DNA of 58,146 bases, filler included, from Deltaproteobacteria bacterium (GTDB lineage: Bacteria > CG2-30-53-67), in NCBI GenBank assembly GCA_013151235.1. It is 4 parts of 4 records of this genome, joined end to end, with 100 filler letters (N's around TTAATTAATTAA, not from the genome) between each part and the next. Parts side by side here need not be neighbours in the genome. Positions count along the whole stretch, not along the records: positions 1 to 31,205 come from JAADIO010000067.1; 3 more parts are not named here. The stretch is one strand, 5' to 3'. This document shows positions 20,906-31,305 of the stretch, in pieces. The notes beneath the pieces are model-generated. The model was not told the DNA's origin. It made no database searches and saw only the letters and a program-made list of their open reading frames with translations. The position numbers and the translations under genes are program-made. Each line of letters begins with the position of its first letter. Position 1 is the stretch's first letter.

Positions 20906-20934
20906 ATTTTACGTTTGAACCCCAGAACTGTCAA
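20906..20934 (-). promoter_or_regulatory. sigma70 promoter for the two-CW gene
   Basis: TTGACA-N17-TAAAAT on the minus strand. Confidence 0.65.
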
Positions 20935-21029
20935 TAATGACAAAGAGGAATATTTGACATTTACTTTACATATCGAATTAATATGAAATCGGTGTAGAGC
21001 CATTCATCCCTCTATAAAAGAGGATAATA

Positions 21030-22622
21030 TCAGGATTGCTCCCTTGGTGAAATCCCATACTTTTTGATCTTGTATCCCACCTGTCGCGGCGTAATTCCGA
21101 GGACACGTGCCGCCCGGGCCTGGACCCATCCCGCCTCTTTCAGGGTTGCGAGAAGGCGCCTCCTTTCCATTTCTTCAAGGATGGAAAGGTTCTCTCCGTC
21201 TTCCTTTCGTCCCTTTCCCGGCGCCTCGGGAGATGCAAAGGAGATCCCCTCCCGGACATAAGCGGGAAGGTCCTCCAGGCGGGCTTCGTTTCCACGCGCC
21301 ATGACGACCATCCGTTCGATATAATTTTCCAGCGCCCGGACATTCCCCGGCCAGGGATGCTCCATAAGGACCCTCATGATAGCCGGTGGTATACTCACAT
21401 CCTTACCATTCTCCTCGTTGAAACGGCGGAGGAAGTGCTCGATCAGCAGCGGCAGATCCTCACGACGTTCCCGCAGGCTGGGAAGGAATATGGGGATCAC
21501 GTTCAACCGGTAGTAAAGGTCCTCCCGGAATTTCCCTTCACTTACGGCCTTCTCCAGGTCACGGTTGGTCGCAACGATGATCCGGACATCGACCGCCAGG
21601 GTCTCCGTCCCCCCTACACGTTCGAATTCACGCTCCTGGAGGACACGGAGCAGTTTGACCTGGAAGGAGGGTGGAACCTCTCCGATCTCGTCGAGGAAGA
21701 GGGTCCCGCCGGAGGCCAGTTCAAAACGCCCCGGCCTCTGACGCTCGGCGCCGGTAAAGGCCCCCTTTTCATGACCGAAGAGTTCCGTCTCCAGCAGGGT
21801 TTCCGGCAGGGCCGCGCAGTTGAGCTTCACGAAGGGACCCCCGCTCCGGAGGCTGTTATAGTGAATCGCCCGGGCGATCAGCTCCTTCCCGGTCCCGCTC
21901 TCTCCCCGGAGCATCACCGTGGCGTTACTCCGGCTTACCTGCCCGACCGCCTCGAAGACCTCCTGCATCCGGTCGGACTCGCCGATGATATTCTCGAAAC
22001 GGTACCTGCCGGCAAGCTGCGTCCGGAGGGATCTGTTTTCTTCCTTCAGGGCGGCCTTCTCCGCCTCCACCATCCGCTGGATCCGGACCGCCTGGGCGAA
22101 GGTCCCGGCCACGATCGTCAGGAAACGGATCTCCCGGTCGAAGGAGGCGCTGTGAGAAAAAAGATGGTCCACGCTCAGGACCCCGATCACCTTTCCATCG
22201 AGTTTGATCGGCACCGAAAGAAAGGATATCTCGTCCTGGTTGAGCCGGCTCCGCGAACCGGTCCGGTCGAGGAACATCGGTTCGGCGCCGATCTTCGGCA
22301 CGATCATGGGAACCCCGGTCTTCACGACCTTTCCCGTCACCCCTTCGCCGATCCGGTAATTCCCTTTCTCCATCTCGTCCCGGGTCATCCCGTAGGCGGC
22401 CCGGATCACCAGTCTTCCCGTCTCCCCGTCGAGGAGGGTCAGGGTCCCGCGATTGAGACCGAGAAAGTCGGAGAGGAGTTTCAGTGTCGCCGCGGCCACA
22501 CGGTCGAGGTCGAACGTGGTCGAGACGAGCTTGCTGATCTCGTAGAGCGTGGTCAGCTCCAGCACCTTCCTGCTTCCGTCCGGGCCACTGTGCGTGCGCC
22601 CCCTTTCCGTCTTCATGATCAT
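21030..22622 (-). CDS. NifA-like GAF / AAA+ / HTH sigma54 activator
   Basis: GAF domain ([11 protein letters not shown]), [15 protein letters not shown]-terminal [24 protein letters not shown] as in NifA. Confidence 0.9.
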   Translation of the reverse strand: MIMKTERGRTHSGPDGSRKVLELTTLYEISKLVSTTFDLDRVAAATLKLLSDFLGLNRGTLTLLDGETGRLVIRAAYGMTRDEMEKGNYRIGEGVTGKVVKTGVPMIVPKIGAEPMFLDRTGSRSRLNQDEISFLSVPIKLDGKVIGVLSVDHLFSHSASFDREIRFLTIVAGTFAQAVRIQRMVEAEKAALKEENRSLRTQLAGRYRFENIIGESDRMQEVFEAVGQVSRSNATVMLRGESGTGKELIARAIHYNSLRSGGPFVKLNCAALPETLLETELFGHEKGAFTGAERQRPGRFELASGGTLFLDEIGEVPPSFQVKLLRVLQEREFERVGGTETLAVDVRIIVATNRDLEKAVSEGKFREDLYYRLNVIPIFLPSLRERREDLPLLIEHFLRRFNEENGKDVSIPPAIMRVLMEHPWPGNVRALENYIERMVVMARGNEARLEDLPAYVREGISFASPEAPGKGRKEDGENLSILEEMERRRLLATLKEAGWVQARAARVLGITPRQVGYKIKKYGISPREQS

Positions 22623-22653
22623 CCGCGGCCCCTTTCCCGCCCCGCAACTTTTC

Positions 22654-23412
22654 TCAGAAGGAATAGCTCACGTTCACACCGCCATAGAGATTGCCGTCAT
22701 TCTCGTAGAAACCGGCCTCTGCGGCGTCGGCGATATCACTGTTCACAAAATTGGAATAGTAAACCTGCGGCGTCACCGTGATCTTCTTCGTTACCGCACA
22801 GGCGAGGGCGGCGCCTATGTTGTAGTCACTCAGCGAACTCTTCTCAACTCCAAAATAGCCCTTGTGGTAGGCCCTGTTGCCCCAGCCGAGGGAACCGAAA
22901 AGGGAAAGGGTCGCCCGGTCGTTCAATTCGAAATCATGACCGACAGCGAAGGATATGTAGGTACCGTCGATGGCGTCCACGTCTCGGTAGAGGGTCAGGC
23001 TCGGCGAGAGGGGGGCGTCGAGGGAGACCCCGCCGTAGACCTCCTCGGTATGCCCCCCGCCGCGGGGAAAGTCGTAGAAGATATACCCCGCGGAGAGGCC
23101 GAAGATCCCCGCCTTGAACGAGTAGTCGAGCGTATAGTCGATCTCGTTGACGAGGTGGTTATTGGCATAACGGTCCTCGTCCATGTTGTAGTTCGACCAG
23201 AAACCGAGAGATAAACCGTTTTCAAAATCAATGGAGAAGTTCGGCTGGACCACGCCGTCTTTCCCGTAATTCTGACCCCGCCAGACGTAGTCGGTCAGGA
23301 CCGATACATCGGCGTTGACATCAGCCTTGATCTCTCCGGCCGAAGCAGGACCGGCGATGAGTAAACCCGTGAGCATAGATAAAATCATCCATGAGAAGAT
23401 TCGTCGTTCCAT
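22654..23412 (-). CDS. Outer-membrane beta-barrel (Gcw_chp/TorF-like)
   Basis: Signal peptide, DYVWRG, EIDY, terminal VSYSF; lies in the glnK-amt operon. Confidence 0.75.
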   Translation of the reverse strand: MERRIFSWMILSMLTGLLIAGPASAGEIKADVNADVSVLTDYVWRGQNYGKDGVVQPNFSIDFENGLSLGFWSNYNMDEDRYANNHLVNEIDYTLDYSFKAGIFGLSAGYIFYDFPRGGGHTEEVYGGVSLDAPLSPSLTLYRDVDAIDGTYISFAVGHDFELNDRATLSLFGSLGWGNRAYHKGYFGVEKSSLSDYNIGAALACAVTKKITVTPQVYYSNFVNSDIADAAEAGFYENDGNLYGGVNVSYSF

Positions 23413-23479
23413 TCCTGTTCCCCTTTTCCATGTTCGGATTCAGGGGGCCGGGACACCCGCCCGGCCCCCATCCAGATTT

Positions 23480-24814
23480 CTATTGCAGCCCCGTGAGGCT
23501 GAAGTTCGAATAGGCCTCAAGGCCGTGCTCACCCACGTCGAGCCCGTCCTTCTCTTCCTCTTCCGTTACCCGGAGCCCCATCGTCATGTCGATCACCTTG
23601 AAGAGGATGAAGGTGGTCGGGAAGACCCAGAGGAAGTCGGCGCCGATCCCTAACAACTGCACCCCGACCAGCTTGACCGAGAACCCCGAGGCATTGAAGA
23701 GCCCCGCCGCCAGTGTCCCCCATGCACCGCAGACACCGTGTACGGAGACCGCTCCGACCGGATCGTCGATCTTCAGTTTCTGGTCGATGAAGACCACCGA
23801 CAGGACCACAAGGACCCCGGCGATCAGCCCGATCAGCACGGCGCTCGTAATCGAGACGTTGGCGCAGCCCGCCGTAATCGCCACCAGGCCGGCCAGGGTG
23901 CCGTTCAGCGTCATGCTCGCCTCCGGCTTCCCGAACATCACCCATGCGGTGAGCATCGCCGAGACCGCCCCGGCCGCCGCAGCGAGGTTCGTGTTGACAG
24001 CGATCCCCGCGATGTCGGTGTTCGCCGCCGTCGTGCTTCCGGGGTTGAACCCGAACCACCCGAACCAGAGTATAAAGACACCCAATGCCGCGAGGGGGAT
24101 GTTGTGCCCCGGGATCGCGCGGGCCTTGCCGTCGGAGGTGTACTTCCCGATCCGGGGACCGAGCACGATCGCCCCTGCCAGGGCCGCCCAGCCGCCCACC
24201 GAATGGACGACGCTGGAACCCGCGAAATCGATGAAGCCGAGATTCTCCAGCCACCCGCCGCCGTGGAAGAGACCGCCCCAGGCCCAGGAACCGAAAACGG
24301 GATAGATCACGGCGGAGATCACCGCGCTGTAGATCAGGTACCCCACGAACTTCGTCCGCTCCGCCATCGCCCCGGAGACGATCGTCGCCGCCGTCGCTGC
24401 AAAGACGACCTGGAACATCCAGAAGGCGAGTGTCCAGGGATCGCCCCCGCGGGTAAAGTCGGAGAGAAAGAATCCGCTCGTTCCGAACCAGCCGGTTTTC
24501 GTCACACCGAACATGATCCCGAAACCGACCGCCCAGTAGACGAGACTCCCCATGCAGAAGTCCATCAGGTTCTTCATTATGATATTGACGGCATTCTTCG
24601 CCCGGGTGAAACCGGTCTCCACCATGGCGAACCCCGCCTGCATGAAAAAGACCAGGAAGGCCGCCACCAGCGTCCAGACGAAATCGAGATGGTGCTGCAC
24701 CTTCGCGATCGCCACGGTGTTCCCCGCGACGGTGTGTGCCGTACCGGCGCCGAAGGCGGCCGGCGACAGCGCAAGAACAACGACCCCTGCAATCATCAAT
24801 CCTCTGCGAAACAT
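23480..24814 (-). CDS. amt: Ammonium transporter (FFMQAGF clade)
   Basis: MQAGFAMVETG, DFAGSSVVH, WFGWFGFNPGS, DDPVGAVSVHG. Confidence 0.95.
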   Translation of the reverse strand: MFRRGLMIAGVVVLALSPAAFGAGTAHTVAGNTVAIAKVQHHLDFVWTLVAAFLVFFMQAGFAMVETGFTRAKNAVNIIMKNLMDFCMGSLVYWAVGFGIMFGVTKTGWFGTSGFFLSDFTRGGDPWTLAFWMFQVVFAATAATIVSGAMAERTKFVGYLIYSAVISAVIYPVFGSWAWGGLFHGGGWLENLGFIDFAGSSVVHSVGGWAALAGAIVLGPRIGKYTSDGKARAIPGHNIPLAALGVFILWFGWFGFNPGSTTAANTDIAGIAVNTNLAAAAGAVSAMLTAWVMFGKPEASMTLNGTLAGLVAITAGCANVSITSAVLIGLIAGVLVVLSVVFIDQKLKIDDPVGAVSVHGVCGAWGTLAAGLFNASGFSVKLVGVQLLGIGADFLWVFPTTFILFKVIDMTMGLRVTEEEEKDGLDVGEHGLEAYSNFSLTGLQ

Positions 24815-24834
24815 TGCATGTCTCCTTATCCGGC

Positions 24835-25248
<414 letters not shown>

Positions 25249-25417
25249 CTATTTTCCAAAAATAAATTTGTAACACCCTGTTCTTACGGTCATTTACAGG
25301 GAGATCTCACGGCAGCCGGACTTGATTCAATCCTGTTCCGGTCGACGGGATTGAAGGAGACACGACAATCCCGTCGGCCGGTACGACAAAATCGTAAGGG
25401 ATCCATCCTCCCGGCGG

Positions 25418-26752
25418 TCAGTCGTGGTAACCATGCTCACCGTGCTGTGTCTCGTCGAGTCCTCTCAGCTCTTCTTCATCGCTGACCCGGATCCCCATGG
25501 TCTTGTCCAGGACCCACAGGATCACCAGTGTAAGGACGAACGCGTAGAGGGCCGTCGCCCCGACCGCCGTCAACTGGACGAGGAGCTGCCGTCCGTTTCC
25601 TCCGATCAGCCCCGTCCCGCCGACCGTGGCGAAGAGACCCGTGGCGATCGCCCCGAATGTACCGCCCACACCGTGTACACCGAAGGCGTCGAGGGAATCA
25701 TCGTAGCCTGCGCGGGACTTCAGCATCACGGCGAAGTAGCAGATGACCCCTGCGGCCAGCCCGATCACGATCGCCCAGGGAGGCGTGACGAAACCGGCGG
25801 CCGGGGTGATCGCAACCAGGCCTGCGACGATCCCCGAGGCGGCGCCTAAAGCACTCGGCTGTTTCTGCACCCGCCACTCTGTGAACATCCAGGAGAGCGA
25901 GGCCGCCGCCGCTGCGATCTGGGTGTTCGTGAAAGCCAGGGCCGCGCTCCCGTTCGAGGCAAGGGCCGATCCGGCATTGAAACCGAACCACCCGAACCAG
26001 AGCAGGCCCGCGCCGAGGAGGGTCAGGGTCAGGTTGTGCGGAAAGAAGGCGGTCTTCAAAAAGCCCTTCCGCCTTCCGAGGATCACGACCGCGGCCAGAG
26101 CGGAGATCCCGGAGGAGACATGGACCACCGTCCCTCCGGCGAAGTCGAGCGCCCCGAGGTTCAGAAGCCAGCCTCCCGTCCCCCAGACCCAGTGGGCGAT
26201 CGGATCATAAACGACCGTGGACCAGATCAGGATGAAGACGACGTAGGTGGAGAATTTCATCCGCTCCGCCACGGCCCCGCTGATCAGGGCCGGCGTAATA
26301 ATCGCGAACATCCCCTGGAACATGACAAATATATAGAGCGGAATGGTCCCGTGAAGCGTGGCCGGTCCGATTCCCTTCAGGAAGGCAGAACCGAGACCGC
26401 CGACGAAGTGCCCGACATCCGGACCGAAGGAGAGAGTATATCCGATCACGACCCATTGCAGCCCGATCACCGCCATCGCCACGAAACTGTGCATCATGGA
26501 AGAAAGGACATTCTTCTTCCGGACCATCCCGCCGTAGAAGAGGGCGAGTCCCGGCAACATCAGGAGGACCAGAGCCGTCGAGACCATCATCCAGGCCGTG
26601 TCGCCGGGATCGGGAGCGGCGGCCGCCTTCTCACCTGCAAAACTCAACGCCGGCAGGACGAGACCTGCCCCCATGGCAACCGGTACGTGCAAAAGCATCC
26701 TCCCGATGCGGCGGCCACACCGCAGACGGCTGAAAATTTCCGAATCGTTCAT
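25418..26752 (-). CDS. amtB: Ammonium transporter AmtB
   Basis: PGLALFYGG.VR.KNVLS, DFAGGTVVH, DDSLDAFGVHG. Confidence 0.95.
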   Translation of the reverse strand: MNDSEIFSRLRCGRRIGRMLLHVPVAMGAGLVLPALSFAGEKAAAAPDPGDTAWMMVSTALVLLMLPGLALFYGGMVRKKNVLSSMMHSFVAMAVIGLQWVVIGYTLSFGPDVGHFVGGLGSAFLKGIGPATLHGTIPLYIFVMFQGMFAIITPALISGAVAERMKFSTYVVFILIWSTVVYDPIAHWVWGTGGWLLNLGALDFAGGTVVHVSSGISALAAVVILGRRKGFLKTAFFPHNLTLTLLGAGLLWFGWFGFNAGSALASNGSAALAFTNTQIAAAAASLSWMFTEWRVQKQPSALGAASGIVAGLVAITPAAGFVTPPWAIVIGLAAGVICYFAVMLKSRAGYDDSLDAFGVHGVGGTFGAIATGLFATVGGTGLIGGNGRQLLVQLTAVGATALYAFVLTLVILWVLDKTMGIRVSDEEELRGLDETQHGEHGYHD

Positions 26753-26808
26753 CTCATCTCCCTTTCTGAAAAACGGTTTATATAAAAAGTAAGACACATA
26801 CCCATCAA

Positions 26809-26825
26809 AGCAATCCCTGTGCCTA
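26809..26825 (-). promoter_or_regulatory. sigma54 promoter of amtB
   Basis: TAGGCAC-AGGGA-TTGCT. Confidence 0.8.
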
Positions 26826-26956
26826 AAGGAAGACAAAATGGAAGCAGTGACAAAAACGAATCTGCAACCTGCTGAAATGAATCGTTTTTTCATTGCCGGA
26901 CAAAATGGTAGGAAGGCACGCGGAGGGAGATCCCGCCCACGGCGGAGAGGGAACAC

Positions 26957-26973
26957 TGCACAACAATTGTGCA
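26957..26973. promoter_or_regulatory. NtrC-like enhancer box
   Basis: TGCAC-AACAATT-GTGCA palindrome about 130 bp upstream of the -24 element. Confidence 0.6.
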
Positions 26974-27003
26974 TCCCACTCCCGGTCAGGTGAAAAAAGA
27001 GGA

Positions 27004-27669
27004 TCAGCAGGACGGGTGGAGACCAGGAAGCGTCCATTCCGGGCCGGGTTCATCGACGAAGATCATCTCCTCCCCGCGGGTGGGGTGAAGGATCGTGAGG
27101 GAGCGGGCGTGGAGGGCCAGGGCGCGGTCACCGAAGGGAACCCTCGATCCGTACCGGAAATCCCCGATCACGGGATGGCCGGTATGAGCGAACTGGACCC
27201 GAATCTGGTGGTGCCTGCCGGTAAGAAGCTCGACCTCGATATGGGAGATCCCTTTTGCATAGCCGAGACGCCGGAACCGGAGCCTCGCCTCCCGCCCCCC
27301 CTCTTCCACGACCACGCTTCGTCCTTCCCTGCGGAGCAGGCGATGCGTCAGGGTTCCTCCGGCGGCAACCTTTCCCTCGACCATCGCCCGGTAGATCTTT
27401 CTCACCCGGCGGTTCCGGAACTGTCCGGCCAGGCGCCCCGCCGCTTTCGAAGTGCGGGCAAAGAGAAGAACCCCCGAAACCGGCCGGTCCAGGCGGTGAA
27501 CTATTGCAAGGTAGACATTGCCCGGTTTGTGAAAGCGTTCCTTGAGGAAGGCACGGGCCATATCCAGGAGTGTCCGGTCCCCGGTCCGGTCCCCCTGCAC
27601 CAGCATCCCCGCCGGCTTGTGGACAATGAAAAGATGGTTGTCAAGGAAGAGGACCTGCAGATGATTCAT
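27004..27669 (-). CDS. RluA-family pseudouridine synthase
   Basis: HRLDRPVSG, TGRHHQIRVQ, GDFRYG. Confidence 0.9.
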   Translation of the reverse strand: MNHLQVLFLDNHLFIVHKPAGMLVQGDRTGDRTLLDMARAFLKERFHKPGNVYLAIVHRLDRPVSGVLLFARTSKAAGRLAGQFRNRRVRKIYRAMVEGKVAAGGTLTHRLLRREGRSVVVEEGGREARLRFRRLGYAKGISHIEVELLTGRHHQIRVQFAHTGHPVIGDFRYGSRVPFGDRALALHARSLTILHPTRGEEMIFVDEPGPEWTLPGLHPSC

Positions 27670-27745
27670 AAGTACCCCATGGAACAGGTTGCAAGAGGAA
27701 CTTGTCGGGCGCTTTTCGCATGCAAGGACTCTCTCCGGTGATACG

Positions 27746-28387
27746 TCAGGCAAGGCCGGGGAAGAGTTTCAGAAGGCCCATGACAATAAACTGTACGCCG
27801 ATCGCCGCCAGCAGGAGGCCCATAATCCTCGTCGCGATATTGAGCCCGGTTACGCCGAGTGCCCTGCCCAGCGGATCCGCCAGGTGCAAAACGGCCCATA
27901 CGATAATTGACACAACAGCGATCCCCAGGGTGAACAGCAGGCGGCCTTCCCAGGTTCCTGCCTGATGTGCGTTTACGATCACCAGGCTGATTGCCCCCGG
28001 ACCGGCCATCAACGGTATGGCCAGCGGCACCACGGCGATATCTTCTTTGCCCTGGGCCTCTGCCGCCTCTTCATCGGTATGACGGGCGCCGCTCATGCGA
28101 GAGTGCAGCATATCGATGGACATCAGCACAATCAGAAGCCCGCCGCCGATCCGAAGGGCCGATATGGTGATTCCGAAAAAAGCCAGGATGAACTCCCCGA
28201 TCCATGCCGAGAGTATCAGGATTACACCGACGGCTATGGCGGCGACACGGGCGATACGACTGCGTTCATTCCGGGATTTACTTTCAGCCAACGAAAGAAA
28301 AACAGGGATGGCTCCCAAAGGATTTACAATCGCCACGACGCCGATAACGGCCTTGACAAGTTTCATGTATTCTGATGGCAGCGGCAT
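27746..28387 (-). CDS. MarC-family membrane protein
   Basis: NPLGAIPVF, VPLAIPLMAGPGAI, RIMGLLLAAIGVQ. Confidence 0.92.
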   Translation of the reverse strand: MPLPSEYMKLVKAVIGVVAIVNPLGAIPVFLSLAESKSRNERSRIARVAAIAVGVILILSAWIGEFILAFFGITISALRIGGGLLIVLMSIDMLHSRMSGARHTDEEAAEAQGKEDIAVVPLAIPLMAGPGAISLVIVNAHQAGTWEGRLLFTLGIAVVSIIVWAVLHLADPLGRALGVTGLNIATRIMGLLLAAIGVQFIVMGLLKLFPGLA

Positions 28388-28408
28388 ACGCAGAAGCCTC
28401 CTTTATGC

Positions 28409-30958
28409 TCATGATGATGGTGATCGTTCCTGTTCTCCTCGTCCCGAAATGAGGGCGGTAATATCTATAAGGATCGACGGCAATGAGGCCCCGCGCGGGG
28501 AAGCAAGGTATTTCGCCTGCCAGACGGGGCCGAATTTATCCTTGTAACGGCGCAGCCCCTGAAAATTGTAAAAATGCGAACCATACCGAAATGCGAAGGC
28601 CCCCATCCGGTTCCAGAGCGGGGCGCAAGCATGGTCCGAAATGCCGGACAGAGGCGCCATCCCAAGACTGAACCATCGGAAACCCCGCTCTTTCCCCCAA
28701 AGAATGAGATGCGTAAAAAGAAAATCCATTACACCGTCCGGCGCCTCCGGACGGTACCTCATGAGATCGACGGAGAGTTCGCTCATGGAGGCCCCCTCCA
28801 GAACATTTGCAAAGGCATAGATTTCCCCGGCCCTTTTGGCGAGTCCGATGGGAAAGTGCCTAAGATAGGCCGGATCAAAGAATCCCATGGAAAATCCTTT
28901 TTCGCGGCTATGTTTCGCCGCAAGCCAGGTATCCGAAATCACCTGCAGGGAAGGCAGAACGGCAGGGACCTCCGCCGGATGGACAACCTCGAAGGAGTAC
29001 CCGTCTCTTTCCAACCTGCGCAGAGCGTAGCGAAGCCCCTTTCTCGTTCGTCCTTCCATGGAAAAATTCTGCAACGGTACACGCGCCTCCTCGCCAAGTT
29101 TAAAGAGCGCCAGCCCGATATCAACGTACAGGTGCAGATGTTCCTGCCCGACCTCATAAAAGACCGGCCATCCTCCGTAACGATCACACATCTCCCCGAA
29201 CTTCCAGATCAACTCACCCCACTCCTCTTCCGGCCCGACGGGGTCCCCCATGGCGACCCAGCTGCGTCCTTTTACGGCATACATAACAAAGGCGCTGCCG
29301 CTCCTGCTGTAGAGTATACGCTTATCCCCCGACAAGGCAAGATTGGCATAGGTTCGGGTCGACTGCCTGACAATATCACCCACCCGGTCCATATCGCCTT
29401 TCTCCCGGCTTGACGTATCTGGAGCCCGGGGCCGAAGCAATTTTGCCAAGGAAAAAAGCAGGACAAGGATGAGGACACCGACCATGGCACGGATGGATCG
29501 GGCCGCATCCGCCTTGATGGCAAACTGCCACCAGAGTTCATTGGAATATTGCACATGTTTATAAGAAAAGAAAACGAGCCACAGCGAAGAGATCAGGACC
29601 AGGCCGATGGCAAAGATCCAACCGGGGGTGAATCGCTGACTCAGGAGGGAGGCCCGCCGGTAGAAATATTTCCGGCAGGGGATGAGCGTCGCAAGCATAA
29701 CGCCCAGGAGTACCGCTTCCTCATAGTCCAGCCCCTTCAACAGGGAAAAAACAATCCCGGCTGTCAGTAAAAAAACGGTCAAGAGGTAGGCCGCGTCCAG
29801 ACGGCGTTGCAACCCCCGGGCCAGCAGGAGCAGACCGGCCCCCACAAGACTGGCAAGGAAGTGGGAAAGTTCCGTCACTGCGGGAGGGAAAAAGCGCCTC
29901 AGCCATTCAAGCCTCCAATGAACCACCGGCGTGGAAACGGAAAAGAGAAGAATCATTCCACCCCAGAAAGAGACAAGCGCAAGCAGCCATGGAACGGCAA
30001 CGGAGACCCAACTGTCCGCCATACGTGCCATATTCTTTATCTTATTCCTGTGCCGGAGAAGTTCACGACCGCCGAGCAGGGCCGCTGCAAGGAGGAGCGG
30101 CAGGAGATAATAGATCCCCCGGAAAACAACCAAAGCTCCGACAACGGACGGCACCGGGAGATAGGGCTTCAGGAGAAGCAGAGCAGTTGTTTCAAAAACG
30201 CCGAGTCCTCCGGGGAGTTGGCTTGCCACACCTGCAACTTGCGCCAGGAGAAAAATGCCCAGGAAGAGACCGAAGGAAAGAGATGAGGAAGAAGGCAACA
30301 GTACGTAAAAAACACTCCCCGCTACGATCCAGTCTAACGAAGCGATCATCGCCTGGGGAACCAGATGCCTCGGCCGCGGAAGACTCACAGTCCAATGATG
30401 GATGGTGAACGGTCTCCTGCGCATCATGCACACAACCAGATAGACCGACACGCAACCGAGAAACAACACCCCCAGGGGGCGAACCGTCGCAAAGCAAAGA
30501 TGAAACCCGGCGGGAACGGGCAGAGGATCCCACAGGAAGATCACACCGCTCAGAATGAAAAAACCAAGCCAGAGGGTGAGCGTACAAAAGAGGATTACAT
30601 TGCTGATTTCCAGTGCCGTCAATCCCCATGCGGAATACAAGGCATAACGCACCGAACCTCCGGCCAGCAGTGCGAATCCCATGTTGTTGCTGAAGGCGTA
30701 TCCGACAAAGGAGGCCAGGCCGACCCGACGATACGGCAGCGGATGATCGATACTGCGCAGGGCAAGCAGATCGTAACCGGACATGACAATGTAGCTCAAT
30801 ACGGTCAGCAAAAAGGCAATCGATAAATCTTCAATCGAAATCTCCCTGAGATGGCGAATGATGTCGCCCAAGTGATATAATGCCAGCTCATGATGCAGCA
30901 CCCAGAGCGCCCCGCCAAAGAGCAGCAGGCCCAGCAGGGGCGGAAGAGCCCGGAACAT
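28409..30958 (-). CDS. mprF: Bifunctional aminoacyl-phosphatidylglycerol flippase/synthase
   Basis: Multi-TM N-terminus with PGGLGVFE; EKGFSMG, DLMRY, FYNFQGLRRYKDKF; start uncertain. Confidence 0.93.
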   Translation of the reverse strand: MFRALPPLLGLLLFGGALWVLHHELALYHLGDIIRHLREISIEDLSIAFLLTVLSYIVMSGYDLLALRSIDHPLPYRRVGLASFVGYAFSNNMGFALLAGGSVRYALYSAWGLTALEISNVILFCTLTLWLGFFILSGVIFLWDPLPVPAGFHLCFATVRPLGVLFLGCVSVYLVVCMMRRRPFTIHHWTVSLPRPRHLVPQAMIASLDWIVAGSVFYVLLPSSSSLSFGLFLGIFLLAQVAGVASQLPGGLGVFETTALLLLKPYLPVPSVVGALVVFRGIYYLLPLLLAAALLGGRELLRHRNKIKNMARMADSWVSVAVPWLLALVSFWGGMILLFSVSTPVVHWRLEWLRRFFPPAVTELSHFLASLVGAGLLLLARGLQRRLDAAYLLTVFLLTAGIVFSLLKGLDYEEAVLLGVMLATLIPCRKYFYRRASLLSQRFTPGWIFAIGLVLISSLWLVFFSYKHVQYSNELWWQFAIKADAARSIRAMVGVLILVLLFSLAKLLRPRAPDTSSREKGDMDRVGDIVRQSTRTYANLALSGDKRILYSRSGSAFVMYAVKGRSWVAMGDPVGPEEEWGELIWKFGEMCDRYGGWPVFYEVGQEHLHLYVDIGLALFKLGEEARVPLQNFSMEGRTRKGLRYALRRLERDGYSFEVVHPAEVPAVLPSLQVISDTWLAAKHSREKGFSMGFFDPAYLRHFPIGLAKRAGEIYAFANVLEGASMSELSVDLMRYRPEAPDGVMDFLFTHLILWGKERGFRWFSLGMAPLSGISDHACAPLWNRMGAFAFRYGSHFYNFQGLRRYKDKFGPVWQAKYLASPRGASLPSILIDITALISGRGEQERSPSS

Positions 30959-30968
30959 CAACTTTCCG

Positions 30969-31030
30969 GATCCTCGTTTGGGGTCAGAGCTACACATTTG
31001 ATCCTCGTTTGGGGTCAGAGCTACACATTT
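30969..31030. repeat. Perfect 31-bp tandem duplication
   Basis: GATCCTCGTTTGGGGTCAGAGCTACACATTT occurs twice in a row. Confidence 0.95.
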
Positions 31031-31205
31031 GACATTTTCACCATTCGTTCAAGAACTCTCAACCGCCGGGCGAACCGTTTATCCGTAGCCCGCAGAACGT
31101 CAAGACGCCTCACTGTCTGGCTGACCGCCGAAACAGTCAGCCCACCAAAAAAATCTCCTATTTCACTCAAACTGCGTTCGCTGTACTTGCGGCAAAGATA
31201 GATCG
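31021..31205 (-). mobile_element. 3' fragment of a probable RAYT-like (HUH Y1 plus DnaA-C-like HTH) transposase
   Basis: IYLCRKYSERSLSEIGDFFGGLTVSAVSQTVRR...KMSNV* lacks the RDHTTV signature of DnaA; stop is followed by CTCTGACCCC; truncated by the contig end. Confidence 0.6.
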
Positions 31206-31305
31206 NNNNNNNNNNNNNNNNNNNNNNNNNNNNNNNNNNNNNNNNNNNNTTAATTAATTAANNNNNNNNNNNNNNNNNNNNNNNNNNNNNNNNNNNNNNN
31301 NNNNN
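31206..31305. other. Artificial contig linker
   Basis: N runs flanking TTAATTAATTAA (stops in all six frames). Confidence 0.97.

Noticed and set aside
30969-31030. 31-bp direct repeats as a mini CRISPR array
   Set aside because: The units are adjacent with no spacer and there are no cas genes.
31021-31205. dnaA C-terminus
   Set aside because: It lacks the RDHTTV signature and is not followed by dnaN.
31206-31305. TTAATTAATTAA flanked by Ns (also at 50397 and 54731) as a biological repeat, and links across it such as qmoC with the rSAM gene
   Set aside because: It is a six-frame-stop linker used to concatenate contigs, so adjacency across it is meaningless.
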